Sequence record: MK817115.1
Reading direction: 5' to 3' (one strand)
Length of the DNA stretch: 64,000 nucleotides
The notes beneath the pieces were generated by a model that worked only from the letters and a program-made list of their open reading frames with translations, was not told the origin of the DNA and did not search any database. Each line of letters begins with the position of its first letter. Positions within the stretch are counted from its first letter, which is position 1. Both the position numbers and the translations under genes were made by a program. Positions 32,821 through 42,650 of this stretch are shown piece after piece.

Positions 32821-33134
32821 TGTCCAACTATAGTCAATACTCACCTTACGCTAAGGTGAAACAAACATGGTATCTTGGGTATACTTTACCACGTGATATT
32901 GTTCCGGCTGATACTGATGATTTTTATGAGATCCCATTGAAATATGAATATCAACCTTGGCGTTTAGCATACGAAATGTATGGTAATGAACGCTTATATT
33001 ATATTTTCGCATTGTTAAATCCAGACATACTAGGAGAAGATCCTATATATAATTTTAAAAGTGGAGTAACAATTAGAATACCAGCAAATCAAAGAGTACA
33101 GAATTATCTTAATGGTACTCGAAACATAGGCTAA
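32820..33134 (+). CDS. Baseplate wedge protein (gp53/LysM-like)
   Basis: PWRLAYEMYGNERLYYIFALLNP...GVTIRIP. Confidence 0.75.
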   Translation: MSNYSQYSPYAKVKQTWYLGYTLPRDIVPADTDDFYEIPLKYEYQPWRLAYEMYGNERLYYIFALLNPDILGEDPIYNFKSGVTIRIPANQRVQNYLNGTRNIG

Positions 33135-33145
33135 TGGAGTAACGT

Positions 33146-35395
33146 ATGGCAGATTTACGAAGTACAGTTGATAATTTTCAAAATGATATTACAAGTATTA
33201 CTGGTAAGGCTAAAACCACCACATCTAATGCACTTGATAGTTTGAAAGCTACAGCAAATACATTACAAAATGATGTAAAAACTATTACAAAAAATAATTA
33301 CAAAGCAAATGTAAGTAATGTAGTATCATTACCAAAACAAAGTGCTAGTGTTGATCAAGTTTATGAAGATCTCGATTTAAGTCAGTTTGTAATACCGTAT
33401 GACAATAAATTATTGAAATATGATAACCCAACTTGGCACTTTTGTTTATTTGCCTTAGATAAAGATGATTTTAAAAACTTTTGGCTTTACCCAGATGCAG
33501 AAGTGCAACGACATGTGATATCAGAAAGTGGTGTTACTGGCAAATATAATATCACTAGTGTACAAATGACACAAGCTGGACCTTCAACACCAGGAATGAC
33601 AACAAACTATTGTTTTAATACAGCAGTACTTAATATGTCTGAAAATAATAGTATGAGTCTATATGATGAATTAATTTCGTTAAGTAACAAACTTAGATAT
33701 CATAAATTTATGGACTTGCCATTGATCTTGGAATTAAAGTTTATTGGCTTTAATAAAAATGGAATACCTGAAATTATCCCAGAAACAACAAGACGCTGGT
33801 CAGTTAAAATTAATAGTGTTACTGCAAGTGCTTCACAAAGTGGTAGTACTATGATGTATACTATGAACTTAGTTCATAATAGAGCAGCTTTAGTTGATAA
33901 CATTGAATGGACCTTAAAAGAACCATTCAATTGTACTGCTGAAAACTTTGGTGACTTCTGTTTTGATTTAGAAGATAAATTAAATCAGATGGCTGACCAA
34001 CAATATGGTTATCTTAGATATAAATTTGGTGAATTATCCGAAGGTAAATTTTTCGAATTTAAAGTAGCACCAGATTTGCAAGATTTGTTTATAAACTATG
34101 ATTCTAAACAAATGGCAGAGGCCGGAACAACTAAAAGTGGTGCACAAGGTTCTAAAAACTTTTCATGGAACCCAAGTACTCCTATATCTCGAATTATTGA
34201 TGACGTTATTGATACATGTACTGTACAAGCCGATGATAGTACTAGTGTGCGTCAATTTGTAAACATTATACCAGTTAAACAATACGTTGGTTTTGATAAT
34301 TATCGTAATACTTCTGTTTATAAAGTAATTTTTTATATTGTTAGATTTAAAATAGGTGATATTGTTCATGAATCGGATTTACAACCTGAAAATTTCACAT
34401 TTGAGTACTTTTTTGAGAACGCAGAAAAATACGTAGATCCTAATGATCAAAAACCAAAAATAAACATGAAAACTTATAATTATCAATTTAGTGGACTTAA
34501 TAGTGAGATACTTGATTTGGATTTGAAATTTGATCAGCAATTTTTCGTAGCCACTACACGTAACCCTGGTCCGATACAAGATGTAGCGAACCATGCAGGT
34601 ACACATACATCCCAAGAACTCAATATTCAAGGTGTACAATACAATAGTATACCAGACGCATGGGCAAAAACAAGTGATTTACGTGTAACTCGTGATTTAG
34701 GAGGGATGTTAACACAAGCCCAACAACAATTGTTAACTGAAGTTGAAACTTTAGCAAAAAATCAAATGCAGGTTGGTAACGCAGAAGAACAAGACCGTTA
34801 TAATAACTATCAAGTCAATGTTTTACCTCAATATATTGAAGATTATGTAACCACTTATGAAGAAAACGATGGTGGCACTGATGGTGTTGGTCACCGTTAT
34901 GGTGAAGTGTTCACAATGCCAACCGAAGCAACTAACAATGAAACAACTTTATCCGCTTCGTTAAACGATAACAGCAGCACATATGAAATGGATAGACGTA
35001 AAATACGTGACAACTATTACAATAGACCTTTTTTGTGTAAACTCGATATGCGTGTAGTAGGCGACCCGTACTGGTTAGGGTGGAGTGATTACTCTTACTT
35101 ACAATATCTAGAACAAGTAATTAATGGTGAAGATATGGAAATTAACCCAGATGATTATCATGTAGCAAATTATATAACATCTGAAGCGTATCTATTACTA
35201 AAATTACAACCAGTAATATCAATAAATGATAACACTGGTGTTTTGGATATTAATACACCAACCACATTTAACCAAACAATTTATCGTGTTAATAAAATTG
35301 TTCATGATTTTGGTGCAGGTGGTTCTTTTACACAACAAATTCAAGCTGCAATTGTAATTCGTGCACTCAAACGTCACGATAGTATAGTTGATTAA
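33146..35395 (+). CDS. Baseplate hub protein (gp27-like position)
   Basis: 749 aa directly before the spike gene; C-terminal LDMRVVGDPYWLG and YRVNKIVHDFGAGGSFTQ typical of hub proteins. Confidence 0.6.
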   Translation: MADLRSTVDNFQNDITSITGKAKTTTSNALDSLKATANTLQNDVKTITKNNYKANVSNVVSLPKQSASVDQVYEDLDLSQFVIPYDNKLLKYDNPTWHFCLFALDKDDFKNFWLYPDAEVQRHVISESGVTGKYNITSVQMTQAGPSTPGMTTNYCFNTAVLNMSENNSMSLYDELISLSNKLRYHKFMDLPLILELKFIGFNKNGIPEIIPETTRRWSVKINSVTASASQSGSTMMYTMNLVHNRAALVDNIEWTLKEPFNCTAENFGDFCFDLEDKLNQMADQQYGYLRYKFGELSEGKFFEFKVAPDLQDLFINYDSKQMAEAGTTKSGAQGSKNFSWNPSTPISRIIDDVIDTCTVQADDSTSVRQFVNIIPVKQYVGFDNYRNTSVYKVIFYIVRFKIGDIVHESDLQPENFTFEYFFENAEKYVDPNDQKPKINMKTYNYQFSGLNSEILDLDLKFDQQFFVATTRNPGPIQDVANHAGTHTSQELNIQGVQYNSIPDAWAKTSDLRVTRDLGGMLTQAQQQLLTEVETLAKNQMQVGNAEEQDRYNNYQVNVLPQYIEDYVTTYEENDGGTDGVGHRYGEVFTMPTEATNNETTLSASLNDNSSTYEMDRRKIRDNYYNRPFLCKLDMRVVGDPYWLGWSDYSYLQYLEQVINGEDMEINPDDYHVANYITSEAYLLLKLQPVISINDNTGVLDINTPTTFNQTIYRVNKIVHDFGAGGSFTQQIQAAIVIRALKRHDSIVD

Positions 35396-35408
35396 GGAAT
35401 AAAATATT

Positions 35409-38072
35409 ATGGCAGATACAAGTAAAAAGTATGCACAACAGCAGTTGGGTCGTTTTGACCCATCTTATCCGCAGTTAGCAACTGTTATGGATAACAGAGA
35501 TCCAACTAAATCAGGAAAACTGAAAGTTTGGATACAAGGTTCTCAAAGTGATAAAAACTCAAAAGAATCATGGATAGAAGCATCTTACATGTCTCCTTTT
35601 GCTGGTAAAACACCAGGTATTCCAAGTGCTGATGCATATGGTCAATATCCAAAAGGATACGGTTTTTGGGCAGTACCACCAGACGTAGGGTGTACAGTTG
35701 TTGTAATTTTTGCACAAGCCCGTACATTCCAAGCATATTGGATTGGTTGTGTATATGACCAGCGTATGAATACTATGGTTCCAGGTATGGCAACTGAAGT
35801 AAGTAATTATGGTGGAACTGATATGCCACTTCCTGTTACTGACTATGATCGTAACACTATCACTACCGATATGCAAGACAAATATGCTAACGTTCCAATT
35901 ATCGCAGGTCTTAAAAAGCAAAACCTTTTATATGACGAAGAAGCTGGGTTGGCGAATCGTAGTAGTACTCGACAAACCACCAGTACTGTATATGGTATGT
36001 CTTCGCCACGTGGTAATAGTTTTATTATTGATGATGGATATACTGAAGAGGAATTAACAGCACCAACGTGGGATCAAGACCCAGATGGATATCAAGATAC
36101 ACAATTTAATAACCCAGTAAACGATACACGTGTTGGTTCTCGTAAAAATGAAGGTGTCGTAATAAAAACACGTAGTGGTGCACAACTTCTTTTATCAGAA
36201 GCTACTGGTGATGTTCTTTTAATTAACCGTGATGGCACTGCACGTATAAAATTCACTGGTGAAGGTGATATTGACATGCACTGTGATAAGAATATTAATA
36301 TTCGTGCTGGTCAAGATATTAATATTACTGCTGGACGTTCATATAATATTGAAACCGGACAAGATTTCAATGCACGAGTTGGTGCAAATACTAAATTAGA
36401 TCTAATTGGTGCTCTTGATGCAAAAGTTGGTGGACAAGTTGTTGTTAATTCTGGGGCAGACCTTCGTTTAGTTACGGCTGCATCATTACGTATGCAAAGT
36501 GGTAGCAGTACTGATATTACGGCTGGTTCAAATGCTTCTATTTCTGCCGCAACATCTGCAAACCTAATTGGATCATCATCAGCAATTATTAGTGGTGGTG
36601 GTCAAACATTAACAGTTAATAGTGGTGGTAATAGCGGTACTGCTGAATTTACTGCACCAAACTTTAGAACACCATCTGCTGGTCTTAATGAACACATTCA
36701 TGATATCGCTGCATGGGTTAACGCTGAAAATCATGGTAGTTATGTTGAACCACCAAGACAAGGTGGTGGAAGTGGTTCTAGTGAATCACCAGTACAACCA
36801 CAACCAGCAAATGATGTATCACCAGAATTACCCGTAGCACAAGACACTGAAGCTGTTCAGTTTGTTAACTATACATCAGAAACTGAACAAGTTCAATCAC
36901 AAGATTTGATGACATCTGATCCTGGGATGACTGGATATAGTATTACATATGAAGGTTTACATATGTTAATGCCATGTAGCGGTACTATTCGACAATATGG
37001 TTACTGGGGGAAAGGTGTTCCAACACAAAGTGGAGGAAAGGCAGACCGTTCAGGTTGGGAAATACAATGTAAAGGTGATGTAGTTGCACCAGATGGTGGT
37101 GTGGTAGTAATTACTAATGGTGCTCTTTTAATACAACATAAGTCTGGATATAAATCTATTTTTTATAATATTCAATCTGATTTATTAAACAAAGATGTTG
37201 TTCAAAAAGGTCAAGTTGTTGGAAAAGCAAATGGTGTCATACAGTTTGAAATTCGTGTTACATCAGCAAATGTTCTTGGATTCAGTGGTTCTGTTGACCC
37301 AGGATTATTTTATGCTTCACAAACAGGAACAGGGTCTGATGCGGCGAATAAAACATTAATTGGTGGTCAAGCAACTAATCAATCTGCTCCAAAAGCAGTT
37401 GTACAACCTTCAGTTGATAGTGATGAATTGGTAGTTACAACAAAAATCAAAACGATAGGTACTGGATATTCTCAACGTGGTTCTCGTCATGTGCCTCGTA
37501 GGAGAAGAACACAGAGAAGTGGAGCTTCAACAACTCCGGTGGAGCAACCTACCTATAATATTGGAAATGTTGATAAAACTGCAATCGATTGGAAAGTTGT
37601 TCCAGGTGATGCACAATTTATTTCTGAATTAAAAGAATATGAAGGTACATTACAATACCAACAAGCAAAAGGATATTATCGTAATGGTAAATTCTGGCGT
37701 TATTTGGATAGTCGTGGGTATCCAACTATTGGTTATGGTCACTTAATTATTAGTGGTGAAAACTTTTCAGATGGAATAACTGAACAGCAAGCCAACGATA
37801 TGTTAGTTCGTGATAGTAGTAAAGCTATATATGATGCTAAATCAATTTATGCTTCATACAACATGAAAACACCTTATTTGGCTCAACAAGTACTATGCCA
37901 AATGGTATTCCAGATGGGTAAAGGTGGGGTACTTAAATTTAAAACTATGTTGTCTGAATTAGCTAAAGGTAATTATAAACAAGCTGCTGCTCAAATACGT
38001 AATTCAGCTTGGTATCGCCAAACTACTCGCCGTGCTGAGTTAATGGCTCGTCGTTTAGAGGCATGTCAATAA
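35409..38072 (+). CDS. gp5: Central spike (gp5-like) with M23-like and lysozyme domains
   Basis: N-terminal OB fold (DNRDPTKSGKLKVWI, PPDVGCTVVVIF), beta-helix repeats, HIH motif, M23-like segment, C-terminal EYEG...YLDSRGYPTIGYGHL. Confidence 0.85.
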   Translation: MADTSKKYAQQQLGRFDPSYPQLATVMDNRDPTKSGKLKVWIQGSQSDKNSKESWIEASYMSPFAGKTPGIPSADAYGQYPKGYGFWAVPPDVGCTVVVIFAQARTFQAYWIGCVYDQRMNTMVPGMATEVSNYGGTDMPLPVTDYDRNTITTDMQDKYANVPIIAGLKKQNLLYDEEAGLANRSSTRQTTSTVYGMSSPRGNSFIIDDGYTEEELTAPTWDQDPDGYQDTQFNNPVNDTRVGSRKNEGVVIKTRSGAQLLLSEATGDVLLINRDGTARIKFTGEGDIDMHCDKNINIRAGQDINITAGRSYNIETGQDFNARVGANTKLDLIGALDAKVGGQVVVNSGADLRLVTAASLRMQSGSSTDITAGSNASISAATSANLIGSSSAIISGGGQTLTVNSGGNSGTAEFTAPNFRTPSAGLNEHIHDIAAWVNAENHGSYVEPPRQGGGSGSSESPVQPQPANDVSPELPVAQDTEAVQFVNYTSETEQVQSQDLMTSDPGMTGYSITYEGLHMLMPCSGTIRQYGYWGKGVPTQSGGKADRSGWEIQCKGDVVAPDGGVVVITNGALLIQHKSGYKSIFYNIQSDLLNKDVVQKGQVVGKANGVIQFEIRVTSANVLGFSGSVDPGLFYASQTGTGSDAANKTLIGGQATNQSAPKAVVQPSVDSDELVVTTKIKTIGTGYSQRGSRHVPRRRRTQRSGASTTPVEQPTYNIGNVDKTAIDWKVVPGDAQFISELKEYEGTLQYQQAKGYYRNGKFWRYLDSRGYPTIGYGHLIISGENFSDGITEQQANDMLVRDSSKAIYDAKSIYASYNMKTPYLAQQVLCQMVFQMGKGGVLKFKTMLSELAKGNYKQAAAQIRNSAWYRQTTRRAELMARRLEACQ

Positions 38073-38084
38073 ATATTTTAGTAC

Positions 38085-38092
38085 TATAAATA
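38085..38092 (+). promoter_or_regulatory. Late promoter TATAAATA
   Basis: Exact consensus upstream of the stand-alone lysozyme. Confidence 0.7.
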
Positions 38093-38108
38093 AAACGAGG
38101 ATATCTTT

Positions 38109-38597
38109 ATGAGTAAATGGGAAATTAAAAATACAGATGAGCAATTTTTTAAGGAAATTAAAGAATTTGAAGGAACTATTGCTTATCAGAAAAAACTTGG
38201 TTATTTTAAAAATGATAAGTTTTGGGTATATAAAGACAGCTTAGGTCTTGATACTATTGGCTATGGTCACCTAGTTTTACCTGGTGAAAATTTCAAGAAT
38301 GGTTTAACAGAAGCACAAGCTGACCAACTTCTTCTTAAAGATGCTCAAACTGCGTACAATGATGCAAAATCAATTTATGAACAATTTGGTATGACCGCAC
38401 CTGTACAGGTTCAACGTGTATTATGGTTAATGGTATTCCAAATGGGAAAAACCAAAGTTTTGAAATTTAAAAAAGCAATGACCGCATTAGGTAAAGCTGA
38501 TTACAAAACTGCTGGTAAAGAATTGCGTGATAGTACATGGTATAAACAAACCACTTCACGAGCGGAAAAGATGGCACGTATCGTTGAATCCGTATAA
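38109..38597 (+). CDS. T4-type lysozyme (endolysin or virion lysozyme)
   Basis: EFEG...YKDSLGLDTIGYGHL, MVFQMG, DSTWYKQTTSRA; E/D/T catalytic pattern present. Confidence 0.9.
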   Translation: MSKWEIKNTDEQFFKEIKEFEGTIAYQKKLGYFKNDKFWVYKDSLGLDTIGYGHLVLPGENFKNGLTEAQADQLLLKDAQTAYNDAKSIYEQFGMTAPVQVQRVLWLMVFQMGKTKVLKFKKAMTALGKADYKTAGKELRDSTWYKQTTSRAEKMARIVESV

Positions 38598-38612
38598 TAA
38601 AGGAAATAGACA

Positions 38613-39008
38613 ATGGCAGTTGTTTTTAAAGGGTTTTCTACCCCTGTAGTTGGTAGAACTGAAACATTGTATGATAGTGAATTGGTTCGCCAAGATTTAA
38701 TGAATCATTTCAATACAAAAAAAGGTGAACGAGCATTTGATGCTGACTATGGGTTTATTGCATGGGATTTGCTATTTGAATTGGAAGGTTATAATACTAT
38801 CAACCTTTTAGAAGCAGATGCCCGTAGAATAATTAGCTTAGACCCACGTTTAAATCTTAAAAAATTACAAATTTCAAGAATAGAATATGGATACCAAATG
38901 AATATTGTATTACAGTACGTAGTATTGGACGCATTAGAAGAACTTACTATAGTATTTGATGCAAGAAGTAATAATCGAATGGCAACATATTCAGTTTCGT
39001 CTTTATAA
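38613..39008 (+). CDS. gp25: Baseplate wedge subunit (gp25-like)
   Basis: LVRQDLMNHFNTKKGERAFDADYG...LLFE...DPR. Confidence 0.9.
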   Translation: MAVVFKGFSTPVVGRTETLYDSELVRQDLMNHFNTKKGERAFDADYGFIAWDLLFELEGYNTINLLEADARRIISLDPRLNLKKLQISRIEYGYQMNIVLQYVVLDALEELTIVFDARSNNRMATYSVSSL

Positions 39009-39012
39009 TTAT

Positions 39013-39040
39013 AAAAGCACTCTTCGGAGTGCTTTTCTTT
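39013..39040 (+). terminator. Intrinsic terminator (UUCG loop)
   Basis: GCACTC-TTCG-GAGTGC followed by TTTTCTTTTT. Confidence 0.85.
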
Positions 39041-39109
39041 TTGAATAAATATTTCTATATATAATTCCCAGTACTGATCTAGTACTTTACTGATTTAAAG
39101 GAATAAATT

Positions 39110-42100
39110 ATGTCACAACAAAAAAGACAGTCTAATTTATATAGTGGTGAGGATTGGACTCAAGTATATGAAAGTTTTTATAAAATCAATCTAACAGCTT
39201 ATGATTTCGATACTATCCGTCAGAGTATGATTGATTATCTACGTGCAACTTACCCAGACTCATTCAACGACTGGATCGAAAACGACCAGTTTATTTTTAT
39301 TTTAGATACGATTTCTATGCTAGGTCAGAACTTGGCATTTCGTATGGATTTGAACACACGTGAAAACTTTTTAGATACTGCAACTCGTCGTGCATCAGTA
39401 CTAAAACTAGCTAAAATGATTTCTTACTCACCACGCCGCTCATATCCAGGTCGTGCAGTTGCTAAATTAACCGAAATTAAAACAAACCAAGATGTTCGTA
39501 ATAGTTTTAATGAATCATTAAAAGATAAAATCATTCGTTGGAATGACCCGATGGATGCTAACTGGTATGAAAACTTTATTCTAGTAATGAACAGTTCATT
39601 TGTCAGTACTAACCAATTTGGTAATCCAGTCAAGCGTATTGATGTTAATGGTGTCTCCCGCCAACTATATCGAATGAACACCATCCCAATGACAGCACCC
39701 AGTATTCCATTTGTTGCAACTGTCAATGGTGAATCTATGACATTTGAAGTAGTGAATCCTGATATTACGTCTGTTGGTGTTGAAGAACGACATCCAGAAC
39801 CACAAGAGCAAAAATATATTGTTTATCAAAATGATGGTAATGGATTTAGCTCACCAAATACTGGGTTTTTTGTATATTTCGTACAAGGTACATTGACATA
39901 TCAAGATTATCAATATGCTATCCGTGAAGAGAACCGTATACAAGATATTAACGTTGATAATATCAACGAAACTGATGTATGGGTTCAAGAAATAAATGAA
40001 GATGGTATTGTTCGTACCAAATGGACAAAAGTTCCATCAATGGAAAGTATTGCATATAACACTGTTAATCGTCAATTAAAAACAATTTTTGCTGTTACTA
40101 CTCGTGATAAAGATCAAATAACAATTAAGTATCCAGACTCAAGAAGTGGTGTTGTTCCCCGTGGGACGTTCCGTGTATGGTATCGTGTTAGTAATGGTAA
40201 AACATATAACATTAAAACTTCTGAAATTCAAAATAAAAGCGTAAAATATACATATCGTACAAAAACACAGTCAAGTTATGAATCTAGTACATTGGATATA
40301 CGTTTTTCATTACAATATGAGTCCGACCGTGCACAAAGTGCAGAGACTATTGAGCAGATTAAAGCACGTGCACCACAAATGTACTATACACAAAACCGTT
40401 TTGTCAATGGTGAAGATTATAATATTGCACCACTTAGTTTAGGCAATACTGTACTTAAATCTAAAGCTATTAATAGAATTTATAGTGGACAATCAAGATT
40501 TATTGATATTAATGATCCTACTGGTAAGTATCAAAATACCGATGTTTTTAGTGATGATGGTGCATTATATCAAGAAAACACACAATTTAATAGGTCATTA
40601 TTACTACCAACTACAAAAACAAATGCTAGTATTGTTATTGACAATATTCAACCATTGATTGGTGAAAATGCGGTAATACAACGTTACCAAGCGTTTCCAT
40701 CAAATACAATTGGTATTGAAATACAACAAGCATGGACTCCGGTATACAATTCAAATTATACAACTAACACATATGGTAGAATTTTGGGTTCATCTGGTAC
40801 AGTTTATGGTTCATATCAGGTTGGTACTCTAATTAAATTTTCTAATTCTGGAACTACTATATGGGCTAGTGTAGTTAGTGTATTGGATAATGGATTTTAT
40901 GTACTGAGTACATCGGTTCCAAGTGGAATGCAAGCCATAGAGTACATTTTACCATATAGAACTAGATTTAACTCGGTTGAAGTTCAAGCAATTTCTGCTA
41001 TGCTAGATAAAAAAACTGATTTTGTTATTGTACATGACAAAGAAACGACATCATGGGTTCCTATTGAAGTAAGTACCAATGATGATACTATTGTATATAA
41101 TGGCAATGAAGTTTTAATTATAATTAATGTAAAATATACAGCAGAAACTTGGGAATTTGATGCTAACGGTATTGAATATATTTTTGTGGGTGGAGAAAAA
41201 GTAAGATTTTACTTTGTATCATCTAAAAAAATTACTGATATTAGTACTGGTACAGTTCAAAGTGATAAGATTGAAATTTTATCATCTAACACTACTAGTA
41301 GTAGTAATTCAGGATTGACAAGTAATATAGATTTTCAAATTTATGACACAATTCAACAAGAGAATGGCTATCTAGATGGTTCTCGTGTTATTGTTACATC
41401 TAGGAAAGTAGATAGTAATGGTATACCATTGGAACCAAACCAATTTAAAGAAATTGTTCCTACTTGGACTGGAACCGATGCATTAAAATATGGTGGTATT
41501 TTGGTATTTCAGGAAAATAGTGATTTCACTATATCAGTACTGTCGTTACCAAATGATACCTTCACACTTCTTGATTCATCGTGGTCTTATACAATGGAAC
41601 AAGCCTTGGCAGAGCCGAATGCATATAAAAGAACTGAATTTGTTAGAAATAACGCAATTCGTTCAACCACATTGAGTGGATTATATAGTAAAGGTTCTGG
41701 ATTTTTAGTTGGTTTTAACTATGATGGTAAATATTATTTTATTGAACAAACAGTTGGTAATAACAATGATCGTTTAGGACAGCTAATTAGTAATTTAACT
41801 TATTCCGATGATACTGGCACTGTTAGTCCTGAATTGGCTTTTTATCGTGCAATTAATAACATGGGAACTAATGCTGACGAGAATCAGAAGCTAGATTATT
41901 ATGGATACAAAGATGTTACTTCACAGTACACTGTTAAAACTAATGCACGTACTAGTATAGACTTCCATTGGAAACACTATGCACCTGACGACAATCGCAT
42001 TGATCCTAGTAGAACAAACTTAATTGATATGTATGTATTAACCAATTCATATAAAACTGAAGTTGACGTTTGGTTGAAAAATAATGCTGTTGGTAGTATT

Positions 42101-42571
42101 CCTAAACCACCTACATCGGTTGAATTGAAAGATATGTTCAAAGATGTTGAACAAAAAATAGTCATTAGTGATAGTATTATTTGGCATAGTGCTGAGTACT
42201 TACCTTTATTTGGCAACAGTGCTGCTGAAGATTACAAAGCTGATTTTAAAGTAGTGAAATTACCAAACAGCACAATGAGTGACGATGAAATTCGTCAAAA
42301 TGTTATAGCATTAACTAATGAATACTTCAATGTTGACAACTGGGATTTCGGTGAAAGTTTCTATTATACTGATTTGTGTACTTACATACACTCACAGTTA
42401 GGTAGACATATTAGTACCATTGTTATAGTTGCACAAAATCCAAATTCAAAATTTGGCTCTCTATTTGAAATCCCTTCACGTTCAGACCAAATATTTTTGA
42501 GTACTGCATCTGTTGAAAATGTTCAAATTGTTAACTCACTAGCTAAAAGTAATATTAATATCGGTTCTTAA
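39110..42571 (+). CDS. gp6: Baseplate wedge subunit (gp6-like)
   Basis: YDFDTIRQSMIDYL, ENFLDTATRRASVLKLAKMISYSPRR, ETIEQIKARAP...QNRFVNGEDY. Confidence 0.9.
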   Translation: MSQQKRQSNLYSGEDWTQVYESFYKINLTAYDFDTIRQSMIDYLRATYPDSFNDWIENDQFIFILDTISMLGQNLAFRMDLNTRENFLDTATRRASVLKLAKMISYSPRRSYPGRAVAKLTEIKTNQDVRNSFNESLKDKIIRWNDPMDANWYENFILVMNSSFVSTNQFGNPVKRIDVNGVSRQLYRMNTIPMTAPSIPFVATVNGESMTFEVVNPDITSVGVEERHPEPQEQKYIVYQNDGNGFSSPNTGFFVYFVQGTLTYQDYQYAIREENRIQDINVDNINETDVWVQEINEDGIVRTKWTKVPSMESIAYNTVNRQLKTIFAVTTRDKDQITIKYPDSRSGVVPRGTFRVWYRVSNGKTYNIKTSEIQNKSVKYTYRTKTQSSYESSTLDIRFSLQYESDRAQSAETIEQIKARAPQMYYTQNRFVNGEDYNIAPLSLGNTVLKSKAINRIYSGQSRFIDINDPTGKYQNTDVFSDDGALYQENTQFNRSLLLPTTKTNASIVIDNIQPLIGENAVIQRYQAFPSNTIGIEIQQAWTPVYNSNYTTNTYGRILGSSGTVYGSYQVGTLIKFSNSGTTIWASVVSVLDNGFYVLSTSVPSGMQAIEYILPYRTRFNSVEVQAISAMLDKKTDFVIVHDKETTSWVPIEVSTNDDTIVYNGNEVLIIINVKYTAETWEFDANGIEYIFVGGEKVRFYFVSSKKITDISTGTVQSDKIEILSSNTTSSSNSGLTSNIDFQIYDTIQQENGYLDGSRVIVTSRKVDSNGIPLEPNQFKEIVPTWTGTDALKYGGILVFQENSDFTISVLSLPNDTFTLLDSSWSYTMEQALAEPNAYKRTEFVRNNAIRSTTLSGLYSKGSGFLVGFNYDGKYYFIEQTVGNNNDRLGQLISNLTYSDDTGTVSPELAFYRAINNMGTNADENQKLDYYGYKDVTSQYTVKTNARTSIDFHWKHYAPDDNRIDPSRTNLIDMYVLTNSYKTEVDVWLKNNAVGSIPKPPTSVELKDMFKDVEQKIVISDSIIWHSAEYLPLFGNSAAEDYKADFKVVKLPNSTMSDDEIRQNVIALTNEYFNVDNWDFGESFYYTDLCTYIHSQLGRHISTIVIVAQNPNSKFGSLFEIPSRSDQIFLSTASVENVQIVNSLAKSNINIGS

Positions 42572-42578
42572 TATAACG

Positions 42579-42602
42579 GGCGTTCTTCGGAACGCCTTTT
42601 TT
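42579..42602 (+). terminator. Intrinsic terminator (UUCG loop)
   Basis: GGCGTTC-TTCG-GAACGCC-T6, immediately followed by a CATAAATA late box (42607-42614). Confidence 0.85.
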
Positions 42603-42650
42603 ATATCATAAATAAATCAAATGAATGAACGAATTATATGGAGTCCAAAA

